DNA of 64,000 nt from Methylocystaceae bacterium (GTDB lineage Bacteria > Pseudomonadota > Alphaproteobacteria > Rhizobiales > Beijerinckiaceae): NCBI GenBank assembly GCA_014190435.1, contig BJGJ01000003.1:5552-69551 (forward strand). The letters are read 5' to 3'. Positions 12,101 through 22,126 of this stretch are shown here, one piece after another. The position numbers were made by a program, and so were the translations under genes. The notes below the pieces were generated by a model. The model was not told the DNA's origin and made no database searches. It saw only the letters and a program-made list of their open reading frames with translations. The first letter of the stretch is position 1. Every line of letters starts with the position of its first letter.

Positions 12101-12199
12101 GGGCAGAAAATAATAAGCAACAGCTCCAACAAGAAACAAAGCGGCAGCGAGAAGACTTGTTCCAACTGGTCTCTTAATAAAGGGCGCAGAAAGATTCAC
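9116..12199 (-). CDS. mdtC: RND efflux permease, MdtC-like
   Basis: FIKRPVGT, GFVVDDAIV, GIVKKNGIM, RFRPILMTT; second of two tandem RND subunits. Confidence 0.85.
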   Translation of the reverse strand: MNLSAPFIKRPVGTSLLAAALFLVGAVAYYFLPVASLPAIDFPIISVSAMRPGADPETMAASVAAPLERRLAGIAGLNEITSTNSLGSSQIILQFDISRNLDSVARDVQAAINAAIPDLPTDLPMAPTLRKASQSGMPVLVLALTSDTLPTSVIFDATDTVIAQRIAQVPGVAEARVTGAEQPAIRIQVDSARLVSMGLSVDVVANALASANAHSATGMLSGEKQEITLSTTDQLTTPEDYRNIVIATHAGAVVKLGDVAKVAPGVRNRMSAGWFNGRPAVLIIVTKQPNANVIETVDQIKAILPMMQQWIPAGIKINILSDRTQTIRASIHDIQTTLLISVTLVMMVVFAFLRRATPVIAAGITVPLSLVGTCAAMWVAGFSIDNLSLMALTISVGFVVDDAIVMIENIESCREQGMSRMNAALIGAKQIAFTVFSISLSLVAVFIPLLFMEGVMGKLLREFSLTLTFAIIISMIVSLTVTPMICAWLPDFKSRNRSSFDHFIENSLDKISDLYGRSLHPVVGHPWKTLAVLILTIIATVELYKTIPKGNLPQDDIGLINGTTEAAPDVSFAEMSRLQRSASDTLMLDPDVADVGSFIGATGLTSSQNQGRLFVSLKPAGERKSNSREVIARLRPEFAKIAGLSVFMQPSQDLRNGGRSSKAQYQFTLSDASIEELEEWRGKIIEKLKHLPQLADVTSDKERGGLRASVIIDRNAASRMNVPISSIDAALNSAFGQRQDTIIFTQRNQYRVIFETPISRQRDIRDLAGLYVSSTNGAQVPLTALARIERGYMPLVVNHQGVIPAITISYNLAPGATLDGATKAIETTIEEMNLPGGLHTAFVGDAADFRKVAAGMATLILAALLAVYIILGILYESLIHPITIISTLPSAGLGALLSLEAFGAEFTVIAFIGILLLIGIVKKNGIMLVDFALQAEREEGLSVHDAALEAARERFRPILMTTLAAIFGAIPLAFATGIGAELRRPLGITIIGGLLLSQVLTLYTTPVIYLLMSKLQRKSKLKLAPRS

Positions 12200-15100
12200 T
12201 CCGCCCTCTCTAGTGGGAGAGTCTCCACATCTTCCTCAGGCGCGCGTCGACGAAAACGATCGACAGCAAGATAAATCACTGGCGTAGAATAGAGCGTCAA
12301 CGCCTGAGACAAAATTAAGCCGCCAATAATAGACACGCCCAGCGGAATGCGCAGTTCGCTGCCAGCGCCATGGGCGAGTACGAGAGGCAAGGCGCCTAAA
12401 ATAGCAGCCAGAGTTGTCATCATGATGGGACGAAAACGGAGCAAGGCTGCACGTGTAATCGCTTCTTTAGCCGGCGCGCCTTCAAGGCGTTCCGTCTCAA
12501 GTGCAAAGTCAATCATCATAATCGCATTTTTCTTCACAATGCCCATTAATAAGACGATGCCAATTAATGCAACAATTGAAAGCTCTATCCGACAAATCAT
12601 CAATGAGAGCAAAGCGCCTACGCCCGCCGATGGGAGAGTTGTCAGAACGGTAAAAGGATGGGCTAAGCTCTCATAGAGAACCCCGAGTACAACATAGATG
12701 GCGATGATCGCGGCAATAATTAACCAGGGTTCGCTCTCTAATGACTTATTGAATTCTGCAGCATCAGCGCTGAATACCCCGATAATTGAGGTAGGCATGC
12801 CGATACTAGTTTCTGCTTTCTTTAAAATCTTGATTGCATCCCCAAGCGCATAACCATCAGCGAGATCAAAGCTAATGGTGGAGGCTGGGAACTGATCTTG
12901 ATGGGCGACAGAGAGCGGCGCGGCAATTTGTTCAATTTGTACAAAAGAGCCTAATGGTGTTTGCGGACCACCGGCTATTGGAGAAACATATAGTTTTTCT
13001 AGGGCGGCTGCATCTCGATGATATTGGGGCGCGGCTTCTAAAATAACCCGATACTGATTTGATTGAGTATAAATTGTTGAAATCTGACGTTGACCAAAAG
13101 CATCGTTCAGCGCGTCATCAATATTTTGTGCTGATATACCTAAACGACCCATCTTATCGCGATCAATGTGCATTAATGCGCGTAGGCCGCCTTCTTGAGT
13201 TTCAGCAGCAATATTTCTTAAGCCAGATGTATGGCGCAACTGATCAAGAAGTCGGGTTGACCATGTGAGCAGTTCATTACTATCTGCAGAGGTTAGCGTA
13301 TATTGGAATTGTGATCGACTTGGTTTCGTTGTTATCTGGATATCTTGAACAGGTTGGACGAAAAGAGAAGCGCCTGGAACTCGTTCTCCTGCAAGCTTCA
13401 GTCTATTGGCAATTTTTCCAGCACTCATGCGACCTGATGAGCGATCGCGTAATATGACCGTTAATCGTGCGACATTTGTTGTCGCATTTAGCGAGCCTAC
13501 CCCAAGGACAGAGGTGACACCTTTGACATCTGGGTCGTTTTGAAAAATTTGAGAAACTTTTTGTTGAAGCACTTCCATACGTTCAAAAGACGTATCTGGG
13601 GAGGCTTGAAGTACGACGCTAATCAGACCTGTATCTTGAAGTGGTAGAAATCCTTTCGGAATGACCAAGAAGAGTGCGATTGTTAACGCAAAAGCAGCGC
13701 CAGTTAGTTTTAAAATGACGCCATCATTCTTCATCGCCCAATCAAGCGATCGCTCATAAAAGTGATCAATCCAGTCAGAGAACGCGTTAGTTTTGATCTG
13801 CCGATGATCTGCCGTCGCCTTGAGTAAGGTTGCGCATAGCATCGGCGTGAGTGTTAAGGATATTACAGCAGAAAGCACGACAGCAATCGTCAAGGTTAGG
13901 GCAAATTCACGAAACATACGCCCGACCACGCCTGTCATAAACAACAGTGGGATAAATACCGCAATCAATGACACAGTTAATGAAATAACCGTAAAGCCAA
14001 TTTCTTTTGCACCTTTAATAGCAGCGTCATAAGGCGTTTTTCCAGATTCAATATAGCGGACAATATTTTCAATCATGACAATGGCATCATCAACAATAAA
14101 GCCCGTACCGATTGTAAGTGCCATGAGAGAGAGGTTATCGAGAGAAAATCCGGCAAGCCACATAATTGAGAAAGTTGCTATAATAGAAAGTGGAAGACTG
14201 ACGCCTGCAATAATTGTCGCTCGCCAACTCCGTAGAAAAAGAAAAACAACCATAACAACAAGAATTGCAGCGATCACTAATGTAATCTGTACTTCAAAAA
14301 TTGATGCTCTAATCGTATCAGTTCTGTCGCTTACGATCTCAAGAGACATGCCTGCGGGGAGATTCGCCCGTAATTTTGGCAGCCCAGATTTAATGAGTTC
14401 AACAGTATTAATAATATTTGCACCTGGCTGACGTAATACGTCAAGAACAATAGACGGCTCGCCATTATACCATCCACCAACGCGGGCGTTTTCTAGGCCC
14501 TCAACAACTCGCGCAACGTCACGGACCATGACTGGCGCATTGTTGCGCCAGATAACAACGATATTTTCATACTGTTTGGCTTCGAGTATTTGATCATTTG
14601 CATCAAGCGTATAGGCTTGACGCGTTCCATCCAAAGATCCCTTTGCGCCAGCAATATTTGCCGCTGCAATAGCAAGGCGTAAATCCTCCATGCCAATATG
14701 ATTAGCAGCAAGACGCGCTAAATCCGCTTCTATCCGAACAGCGGGCCGTACGCCGCCTTGAACAGATACGCGTCCTACGCCAGATACTTGAGATAATTGC
14801 GGGCCAATCAATGTGTCGGCGGCATCGCTTAACTTACGCAGCGTTGCGCTTTGTGAGCGTAGCGTAAGCGTTAAGATTGGCGTGTCAGCAGGATTAACTT
14901 TCGCATAGACGGGTGGATAGGGAAGGTTGCGTGGTAAGGTAGAGGCGGCGGCATTAATAGCCGATTGCACATCTTGCGCAGCTGCATCAATATCACGATC
15001 GAGATTAAATTGCAGGGTAATTTGCGATAAGCCAAAAGAGCTTTGCGAAGACATGCTCGTAAGGGAGGGGACCTGACCAAATGTGCGTTCTAAAGATGCC

Positions 15101-15291
15101 GTAACGAGAGAGGCGATCGTGTCAGGATTTGCGCCCGGCAACTGGGTCGTTACTTGGATTGTAGGGAAATCAACTTGCGGTAATGGCGAGATTGATAAAC
15201 GCGAATAGCCCAGTATGCCGAATAAAAGGACAGCAAATGCCATAAGCGATGTCGCGACTGGACGTTTGATAAAGGGCGCCGAGACATTCAT
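12196..15291 (-). CDS. mdtB: RND efflux permease, MdtB-like
   Basis: LPQVDFPTIQV, KVNPADTPIL, GFIVDDAIV, GIVKKNAIM. Confidence 0.87.
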   Translation of the reverse strand: MNVSAPFIKRPVATSLMAFAVLLFGILGYSRLSISPLPQVDFPTIQVTTQLPGANPDTIASLVTASLERTFGQVPSLTSMSSQSSFGLSQITLQFNLDRDIDAAAQDVQSAINAAASTLPRNLPYPPVYAKVNPADTPILTLTLRSQSATLRKLSDAADTLIGPQLSQVSGVGRVSVQGGVRPAVRIEADLARLAANHIGMEDLRLAIAAANIAGAKGSLDGTRQAYTLDANDQILEAKQYENIVVIWRNNAPVMVRDVARVVEGLENARVGGWYNGEPSIVLDVLRQPGANIINTVELIKSGLPKLRANLPAGMSLEIVSDRTDTIRASIFEVQITLVIAAILVVMVVFLFLRSWRATIIAGVSLPLSIIATFSIMWLAGFSLDNLSLMALTIGTGFIVDDAIVMIENIVRYIESGKTPYDAAIKGAKEIGFTVISLTVSLIAVFIPLLFMTGVVGRMFREFALTLTIAVVLSAVISLTLTPMLCATLLKATADHRQIKTNAFSDWIDHFYERSLDWAMKNDGVILKLTGAAFALTIALFLVIPKGFLPLQDTGLISVVLQASPDTSFERMEVLQQKVSQIFQNDPDVKGVTSVLGVGSLNATTNVARLTVILRDRSSGRMSAGKIANRLKLAGERVPGASLFVQPVQDIQITTKPSRSQFQYTLTSADSNELLTWSTRLLDQLRHTSGLRNIAAETQEGGLRALMHIDRDKMGRLGISAQNIDDALNDAFGQRQISTIYTQSNQYRVILEAAPQYHRDAAALEKLYVSPIAGGPQTPLGSFVQIEQIAAPLSVAHQDQFPASTISFDLADGYALGDAIKILKKAETSIGMPTSIIGVFSADAAEFNKSLESEPWLIIAAIIAIYVVLGVLYESLAHPFTVLTTLPSAGVGALLSLMICRIELSIVALIGIVLLMGIVKKNAIMMIDFALETERLEGAPAKEAITRAALLRFRPIMMTTLAAILGALPLVLAHGAGSELRIPLGVSIIGGLILSQALTLYSTPVIYLAVDRFRRRAPEEDVETLPLERAE

Positions 15292-15321
15292 GCTGATTTA
15301 TCTTGCCTTTAAGCCAATGGA

Positions 15322-16683
15322 TTATTGTTTGGGCACAGCCTCTTGCTTAGGACTGCTTTTATTAGGAATTTTAGGCGGAATTTCACTTTTGTTTTCAAAA
15401 GATTTTTTCACAGAGCCACCAGATTTTTCTCCGTTTTCTATACTTTCATTATTCATGACACGAACTTTGGCGCCATCAGACAGGCGGGAAAATCCGCTGG
15501 CGATCACAACTTCTCCTGCATTAAGGCCAGAAGTTATAACAACTTGCGACTCATCCTGGCGTCCTGTTGTGACACTTCGCATATGTGCTCGGCCATCCTC
15601 GCCAAGTACATAAACAAATGCGCCATTAGGTCCGCGCTGTACGGCTGGGCTGGGGGTCACAATGGCGTCTTTGATGGTGTCAAGCATCAAGCGAACATTG
15701 ATGAACTGACCAGGCCATAACGAGAGATCAGTATTTGCAAATTGAGCTTTAAGACGTACTGTTCCTGTTAATTGATCAATTTGATTATCGATAACGGCAA
15801 GTTCGCCCTGAGCGATTGGCGATGCGTTATCGGCGCCTAAAGCCAATACGCTTGCGATTCCCACCTTTTGCGCTTTCTGGACAGAAAGCAGCGATTGTTG
15901 CGGTAGCGTAAACATGACGAATATAGGTTTAAGCTGAGTAACGACAACAATACCGTTTTGATCGGTTGTTTTTATAAGGTTACCGACATCAACAAGGCGA
16001 ATGCCTGCGCGGCCGTCAATAGGAGAGCGAATAGTGGCGTAATCGAGGGTAGTTTTTGCGCTATCCAATGCCGCCTGATCGGCTCGGACTTGGGCTTCAA
16101 GTTGTTGAACGAGGGCCTTTTGCGTTGAATATTGCTGATGGGATGCGTATTTAGCCGCTATAAGTTTCTCATATCGCGTCAGATCAATGCGCGCATTAGC
16201 CAGATTGGCTTCTTCCTGCGCTTTTTTTGCTGCCGCTTGTTCATACTGAGCCAGATAGAGGGCGGGATCGATTTCAGCAAGAATGTCATCCTTGTGGACA
16301 TCTTGACCTTCTGAGAAGACAAGGCGCAATAAACGGCCGTCCACTTGGGTTCTGATTGTAACAGTATTTAACGCTTGAACAGTGCCCACGGCGTCGATTG
16401 ATACGGGAACGTCCGTAACAATCGCACGCGTTATCGTTGTTGTAATTGGGCCCTCGCCCTTAAAGTCGTCGGGCCCGCCAGAAAGGTCATTTTTCTTATT
16501 TGCATTACTAGAGAAAAGGCCATTGTGATAAAGGCTGCTGCCCACATAAGCCAGTAAGAGCAGGCTACACGCGAGTGCAATACGCACATAGGGTCGGTGA
16601 AGATTAGCGCGCGAATAACTGAGCAATGTTTGCCCAAGTTTCTTCAAGTCAGCGTTTTTAAGATTAATTCGCTTCATGGCCAT
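15322..16683 (-). CDS. mdtA: RND periplasmic adaptor, MdtA-like
   Basis: N-terminal TM segment, FSEGQDV, IRSPIDGRAG, IDNQID..TGTVRLKA, LWPGQF. Confidence 0.88.
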   Translation of the reverse strand: MAMKRINLKNADLKKLGQTLLSYSRANLHRPYVRIALACSLLLLAYVGSSLYHNGLFSSNANKKNDLSGGPDDFKGEGPITTTITRAIVTDVPVSIDAVGTVQALNTVTIRTQVDGRLLRLVFSEGQDVHKDDILAEIDPALYLAQYEQAAAKKAQEEANLANARIDLTRYEKLIAAKYASHQQYSTQKALVQQLEAQVRADQAALDSAKTTLDYATIRSPIDGRAGIRLVDVGNLIKTTDQNGIVVVTQLKPIFVMFTLPQQSLLSVQKAQKVGIASVLALGADNASPIAQGELAVIDNQIDQLTGTVRLKAQFANTDLSLWPGQFINVRLMLDTIKDAIVTPSPAVQRGPNGAFVYVLGEDGRAHMRSVTTGRQDESQVVITSGLNAGEVVIASGFSRLSDGAKVRVMNNESIENGEKSGGSVKKSFENKSEIPPKIPNKSSPKQEAVPKQ

Positions 16684-18191
16684 GGGCCTTTGTTCGCTTC
16701 ATAGGCGGCATTGGCGCGCGCAAGTTCTGCATTACGTGTTGTGGGTGACCAGCCACCGCCTAGCGCTTGATACAAGGCCGAGGCGGCTTGATAATAGCTT
16801 AATCTAATATTCGCCTCCTGTTGCTGCGTTGTGAATAAAGTATTTTGTGTAACTGAGAGAGTGATAATATCAATCGTGCCTTCTGACAGTTGCATATTTG
16901 ACGCCTCAAATGCCCGTCGCGCCGCTGCAACGGCGACGCCTTGCAGCTTGAGTTGTTTTTCAGTTTCTTTCACAGCGATGAGTGCGTTTTCAGTATCAGT
17001 CAATGCACTAATAATTTGTTTTCGATATAGCGCGGCCAATTCTGCATATCGTCCTTTTTGATTTTCATATTGACCTTGCAGAAACCAGCCATCAAAGACG
17101 GGTTGGGCGAGCTGCGTGGCTGCGCTCCAGGCGAGCGCCTGTGGATTTATGAGATTAGATATAAGCGCTGATTGCGGACCATAAAGGCCCACTAATGTAA
17201 TTGATGGAAAGAATTGCGCGCGCGCATTCAATACCGAAAATTCCTGAGAGGCGAGCTGCGCCTCAACCCGAGCGATGTCAGGGCGACGCAATAAAACTTC
17301 TGAGGGTAAGCCGGTATCAATTTTTGGAAACTTTAATTGTGTTAATGAGCCGCCTTTGAGACTGAAAGCTTCAGGCGTGCGGCCGAGCAGCACGGCCAGA
17401 GTATTGGTAGTTTGACGTCGCGTCATCTCAAGTGGCGGGATGGTCGCGCGTTGTTGAGCGAGCACTGTTTCTTGCTGCGCTGTATCAAACATACTGGCTG
17501 TGCCGACGGTATAGCGACCCTGGATCGCTGCATTAACTTTTTCTGCAATTGCAACATTGGTACGGGCTATTTGGAGTTGATCTTGTGCATTAAGAACTTG
17601 AAAATAGGCATTCATTACTGCTGTGACTGTTGAAATCTCAACAACATCTCGATCAAAACGGCTAGCATTAGCTAAAAGACGCGAGGCAAATGATGCGTCT
17701 TCATTGACGCCCCAAAAATCTACAGTGTAGCTTGCTGCAGCGGCACCCAGTTGAAAAAAACCAAAATTGCGGCCGTTAGGAATGCCTGAAGGCGAGAGAT
17801 TGCTTGTTGATCGCGTATTCGATCTTGTGCTGACATCGCCGGTATTGATACCAGTTGCGGCATTCCCAAGATTAAGCGTTGTACCAGCCACGCGATTGGT
17901 GCGAACAATATCCTGCATTGAGACATTGGGATAAAGCGATGCGCTCGCTGTTCGCGCTTGAGCGTCGGCTTCTAGAATGCGCGCAGCGGCAGCGGCTATA
18001 TCGAGATTGTCGGATAAAGCCAGTTCAACAATGCCAGTGAGTTCTTTAGATCCAAATTTGGAAACAAAATCACGCCCAGAGGGAATAGGGTCAGCACTCT
18101 TAGGCGCAGCTTCTTTAAAGCTCACAGGCGGCGGCGTGGCGATATTTGGTTTTTCCCAATCCAGATTACAACTGCTCAAGGCAGCCGTCAT
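16674..18191 (-). CDS. Outer membrane efflux factor lipoprotein (NodT/OprM family); true start probably upstream
   Basis: Lipobox-like LSSC, NLDIAAAAARI, PSEVLLRRPDI, LYQALGGGW. Confidence 0.88.
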   Translation of the reverse strand: MTAALSSCNLDWEKPNIATPPPVSFKEAAPKSADPIPSGRDFVSKFGSKELTGIVELALSDNLDIAAAAARILEADAQARTASASLYPNVSMQDIVRTNRVAGTTLNLGNAATGINTGDVSTRSNTRSTSNLSPSGIPNGRNFGFFQLGAAAASYTVDFWGVNEDASFASRLLANASRFDRDVVEISTVTAVMNAYFQVLNAQDQLQIARTNVAIAEKVNAAIQGRYTVGTASMFDTAQQETVLAQQRATIPPLEMTRRQTTNTLAVLLGRTPEAFSLKGGSLTQLKFPKIDTGLPSEVLLRRPDIARVEAQLASQEFSVLNARAQFFPSITLVGLYGPQSALISNLINPQALAWSAATQLAQPVFDGWFLQGQYENQKGRYAELAALYRKQIISALTDTENALIAVKETEKQLKLQGVAVAAARRAFEASNMQLSEGTIDIITLSVTQNTLFTTQQQEANIRLSYYQAASALYQALGGGWSPTTRNAELARANAAYEANKGPWP

Positions 18192-18388
18192 TATGCAGAC
18201 AGCGGTCGCTCCTGCCAGGCGCCGAAAACAACTTATTTGAGCCGCGGATAACAGCAGGGATGTAACTCTCCAATTTTCGGCGAGGTCTTTGAGCAGACCA
18301 GATTTTTAACGGTGCCGAGCAGTCGTGGAGCGCGCTTGGGCATGAGCTAGGCATGGGTGTTTAGGGACCCATAACTTAGCAAGATCCG

Positions 18389-18418
18389 CTGACAGCTCGG
18401 TGCCGTCCAGGCTGTCAG
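18389..18418. promoter_or_regulatory. Perfect 8-bp inverted repeat CTGACAGC-N14-GCTGTCAG upstream of the efflux operon (operator or hairpin)
   Basis: Seen directly at 18389-18396 and 18411-18418; function is inferred. Confidence 0.35.
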
Positions 18419-18491
18419 TTTAGATAACAAAAGACTATAACACATCTACACGACATATGGACTAGGCTTCTTTTGCCCAGTTCCGAACAAT

Positions 18492-19253
18492 TTATTGCGT
18501 CGGTTCAGGTTTTAACGCCGGCTTCGCCGGCACGGGGGCCTGTTTGCCACTAGGTGCTCCGGCGGCTGGTTTTGCCGGTGCGATGGACGGCTTCGTCACG
18601 GCGGGAGCGGGGGCTGTCGGCTTTACCGAGGTGGAAGACGGCTTTGGGACATTTGGCACAGCGGGTTTTGGGCCTGAAGTAAGCAATCCACCCGCTGCTG
18701 CAGGCTTAGTTATGCCACTTGCGGGCGTTTTTGAGCCCTCTGACTTAATCTCGGATTTGGCGGGCTGGCCCGCCGACGTCGGCTTGACCACTTCCTTTTC
18801 TTTTAATTCCTTGACGGGCTCTTTTTGGGGTTCCTGAGCCTTGATTTCAGGCGCTGGCTTTTGTGGCGTAGGGACCCGCGTCCAGATTTCGCTTTGACAC
18901 AAAAATCCCATCAAACAACCGGTTAGCGTTAATTTTGTTGGCGTATCGTAACTAATTTCACCGCCATAAGTTTTACCGTCTTCTGGGTTGTAGAGATCGC
19001 CCTTCCATTTATTGGCGCCATTTTTTGCGGCATTCCGCAAGATTTCAGGGGCAGGCGAGCCATCCGGCAACGGCAGCGTGCCCCTAGCGCAGAGTTTTCC
19101 TGCACAATCATAAAATTCAAGCTGATCGTCAGGGTGGCCGTCACGAACCCAAACTCCGTAAACTGGCTCCGCGGCGATCGCCTGCGAGAGTCCATAAGCA
19201 AAAGGGCTTATCAAGGTAGCCGCCGTGGCAAGGCGAAGAAGATTTTTTTTCAT
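18492..19253 (-). CDS. DUF2147 domain protein with a long Pro/Lys/Ala-rich C-terminal tail
   Basis: Signal peptide from MKKNLL; G.W, CAGKLC, WKGDLYNPEDGKTY, LTGC..FLCQSEIWTRV; about 125 aa low-complexity tail. Confidence 0.85.
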   Translation of the reverse strand: MKKNLLRLATAATLISPFAYGLSQAIAAEPVYGVWVRDGHPDDQLEFYDCAGKLCARGTLPLPDGSPAPEILRNAAKNGANKWKGDLYNPEDGKTYGGEISYDTPTKLTLTGCLMGFLCQSEIWTRVPTPQKPAPEIKAQEPQKEPVKELKEKEVVKPTSAGQPAKSEIKSEGSKTPASGITKPAAAGGLLTSGPKPAVPNVPKPSSTSVKPTAPAPAVTKPSIAPAKPAAGAPSGKQAPVPAKPALKPEPTQ

Positions 19254-19318
19254 GAAACGGGGTCCCTGATTCGATCTATTTATAAATGATTTCAGGCAAA
19301 CGTAGAGCATGGAATCCC

Positions 19319-21934
19319 TTAAAGGGCCTTTGATCCGTCTGAACCCTGGTCTCCATTGTGACGAGGAGGACCCAAAAAGGCCGGCACGATGATGAAGGCG
19401 GCTAATAAGGTGAAAAATAGCGAGATAATCAGTAATTCACCCATGCTGGCGGTGCCAGGATGGCTCGAGAGATAGAGGCTGCCAAAGGCGACACCCGTAG
19501 TCAGCGAGCTAAAAAATATGGCGCGGGTCAAGCTAGAGGCGAGCATATCAACCACACCTTTACGCCAAGCGATAACATAATAAATGTGGAAGGCGACGCC
19601 GACGCCAAACATTAAAGGCAGCGCGATCACATTGGCGAAGTTCAAGGACATACCCGCCATATCGGCGGCCTCCAGGCTCATGATTCCCGCCAACACCAAG
19701 GGACCAAGTGTTAAGGCGACGTCTAGCGGATTACGCAGGGCGACAGCGAGGATGATGAAGATAGCAATGAGAGCGTAAAGCCCCGCCTCAAGAAAGGCGC
19801 GTGTGATTGAGCGGCCCGCTTCAGATACAATCACGGGCGGCCCACTGGCGTTTGGGGCCACGACTTGAACAGCTTCCGCAAATTTAGTCATGACAATGCG
19901 ATCATTGCTATCGCCTTTTGGCGTGACTTCTAAACGCACAAGCCCATCAGATGATATCCACTCGGCGCGTAAATCTGCAGCTAAGCTATCAGGCGTGATT
20001 TCTTCAGCGCCCAATGCTTGTTGGAGATCGCCCATCAATTTTTGAAAGTTACTAAATGCCGCAGTGGTTGCTTTTAAGCGAATCTCTGGGGTAGCGGCAG
20101 CAAGAGCATCAAGCGTATTTGCAAAACGCATGAGCGATGGGTCTGGCGTTTTACCGCCCGCGCGTTGCAAGGCTTTACTCGCATTTGTTAGCGCCTTGAC
20201 GATTTCGGCGTCAGAAGGCGGGGGCTTCTTGTGCGGCTCCAAGACACCTTTAAGTGCTGTCTTCGCCCGATCAATTAAAGCAAGCTTGGCTTCCTGGTCG
20301 GTAGGGATGAGCGTATCAATAGAGTGAACGTGATCAACTTCTGGCAAAGCAGCGATTTTTTTAGCAAGAAGGCGCGCTTCATCAATTGAAGGCGTCAAAA
20401 CTTCAATTTTATTGGGCGCTGTTTGAGGATCTTGCGAGAGATCAAGAAAAGTTGCGACAGACTCAATTTTTTGATCGCGCAAATTCATAGGATTCGAGTC
20501 AAAACTCAAATGCATTAAAAATGGTAGACCAGCTACGACAACAACAGCTGTCCCCGCCAGTACAAGCTTACGATGTTCAAGGATCCAGTGGTCAACAGCC
20601 GCAAGCGACGCGGTATAAATTGGCACATGTTCTGGATCTGGGTGCAGCAATTTAATCATCGCCGGCAAAAAGGTTAGCGTGGCGATGTAAGCGATAATCA
20701 TCCCAACGCCGGCAATAAGACCTAGTTCAGAAACACCGAGGAAGGATGTCGGCAGAAAGCAGAAAAATCCAGCAAGCAACGAAACTGCAGCAAGAGTGAG
20801 CGATCCACCAATATTACGTGTGGCGGCTAACAATGCACGTTCAAGATCGTTGTCGCTATGTCTCTCTTCGCGATAGCGCGTCGCAAATTGGATTCCAAAA
20901 TCAACGCCAAGACCGATAAACAATGCGGCAAAGGCGACTGAAATAAGGTTGAAACGACCAATCATGAGCACTCCCGCGCCCGCTGTGAGCACGAGACCAA
21001 CGATCAAGGTGATTAGAACGGCGATAATTAATTTTGGCGAGCGGAGCGCTAGGAATAAAATGAGCGTAACTAAGCCAAGCGTTACGCTCGTATTCAGCGC
21101 CATATTTTCAGAGAGCGTAGAAAATTCATCATCAGCAAGTGGAACTTGGCCAGTCAGGCGAAGATTAACGCCTTTTTCTTTGGTAAGATTAAGCGCTGTC
21201 GCTGTCTTGCGGACCAAATCAATTGCTTCTGCGCCTGGAGCGAGCGCAGAGAAATCGATTACAGGTTTGATGAGAACGAGTCTGCGTTTCTGGTTCAAGG
21301 GATTATCAGCTTGCGGTTCAGAACTATTTGATCCGCCAGCAAGTAACTTTTCCCAATCAACTTTTGTTGTTTCGCCTTTAAGAGTTTCTTCAAAAGCGCG
21401 CGAGAATTCATTCAAGCCGGCGAGATACATTGCCGTTGCGCGCGCGCTTGGCGCAGAGCGTTTTTGGTTATCAATCATCACCGCGGATAGGCCGCGTAAT
21501 GTTGGATCTTCTGCCAGAGGTCGCAGCACGTCTGCTTTACCAATCAGCATGCCAATATGATGTTCGACTTCAGCTTGGCTGAGATACAAGAGCCCATTTT
21601 TACGAAAGAATGGGTTATCATCGGGTTGCCAAACGCGCGACATGAGCGGCTGCCCGCTAAGCGCTTTAGTGAGTTCTTTGGCTGCGGCATCAGCTTTTTC
21701 AGGCGTATCGGCGTCAATAACGGCGACGATTAAATCGACGGTTTCTGGAAAAGTTTTATAGAGCTTATTCTCGTTCTGCCGCCAGGGAAGACTGGATGAG
21801 AAGAGATTGACGGTGTCTGTATCAATTGCAAATTTCTCAACGGTAAGATATCCGCCCGCTCCAGAAAGAGCCAAGGTTAAGAGAACTATCGCCCAGGGCC
21901 AACGAAGACAGAAAGCAACAATTTTTTCCAGCAT
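19319..21934 (-). CDS. hpnN: MMPL/RND transporter, hopanoid transporter HpnN-like
   Basis: FAIDTDT..LFS..LPWRQ, NLISVAFAALFIGLGVDFGIQF, GVSELGLIAGVGM, LSSHPGTASMG. Confidence 0.85.
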   Translation of the reverse strand: MLEKIVAFCLRWPWAIVLLTLALSGAGGYLTVEKFAIDTDTVNLFSSSLPWRQNENKLYKTFPETVDLIVAVIDADTPEKADAAAKELTKALSGQPLMSRVWQPDDNPFFRKNGLLYLSQAEVEHHIGMLIGKADVLRPLAEDPTLRGLSAVMIDNQKRSAPSARATAMYLAGLNEFSRAFEETLKGETTKVDWEKLLAGGSNSSEPQADNPLNQKRRLVLIKPVIDFSALAPGAEAIDLVRKTATALNLTKEKGVNLRLTGQVPLADDEFSTLSENMALNTSVTLGLVTLILFLALRSPKLIIAVLITLIVGLVLTAGAGVLMIGRFNLISVAFAALFIGLGVDFGIQFATRYREERHSDNDLERALLAATRNIGGSLTLAAVSLLAGFFCFLPTSFLGVSELGLIAGVGMIIAYIATLTFLPAMIKLLHPDPEHVPIYTASLAAVDHWILEHRKLVLAGTAVVVVAGLPFLMHLSFDSNPMNLRDQKIESVATFLDLSQDPQTAPNKIEVLTPSIDEARLLAKKIAALPEVDHVHSIDTLIPTDQEAKLALIDRAKTALKGVLEPHKKPPPSDAEIVKALTNASKALQRAGGKTPDPSLMRFANTLDALAAATPEIRLKATTAAFSNFQKLMGDLQQALGAEEITPDSLAADLRAEWISSDGLVRLEVTPKGDSNDRIVMTKFAEAVQVVAPNASGPPVIVSEAGRSITRAFLEAGLYALIAIFIILAVALRNPLDVALTLGPLVLAGIMSLEAADMAGMSLNFANVIALPLMFGVGVAFHIYYVIAWRKGVVDMLASSLTRAIFFSSLTTGVAFGSLYLSSHPGTASMGELLIISLFFTLLAAFIIVPAFLGPPRHNGDQGSDGSKAL

Positions 21935-22126
21935 TCCGTTCCCTTTGCCCCTTATTATTCAACTCATGATTTTGCATGCCGCACTTCCTATAGCCTTGGG
22001 TTGCGACCTGACCAAGGCGACGCCGCAATCTTCAGCGCCCGCGGCAATGTGACGCACTTTATCAGAAATCTATTAGAAACAAATAGTTGGCGCTTAGTTG
22101 TGTATCAGCTGTGTGATTAGTGGCCA

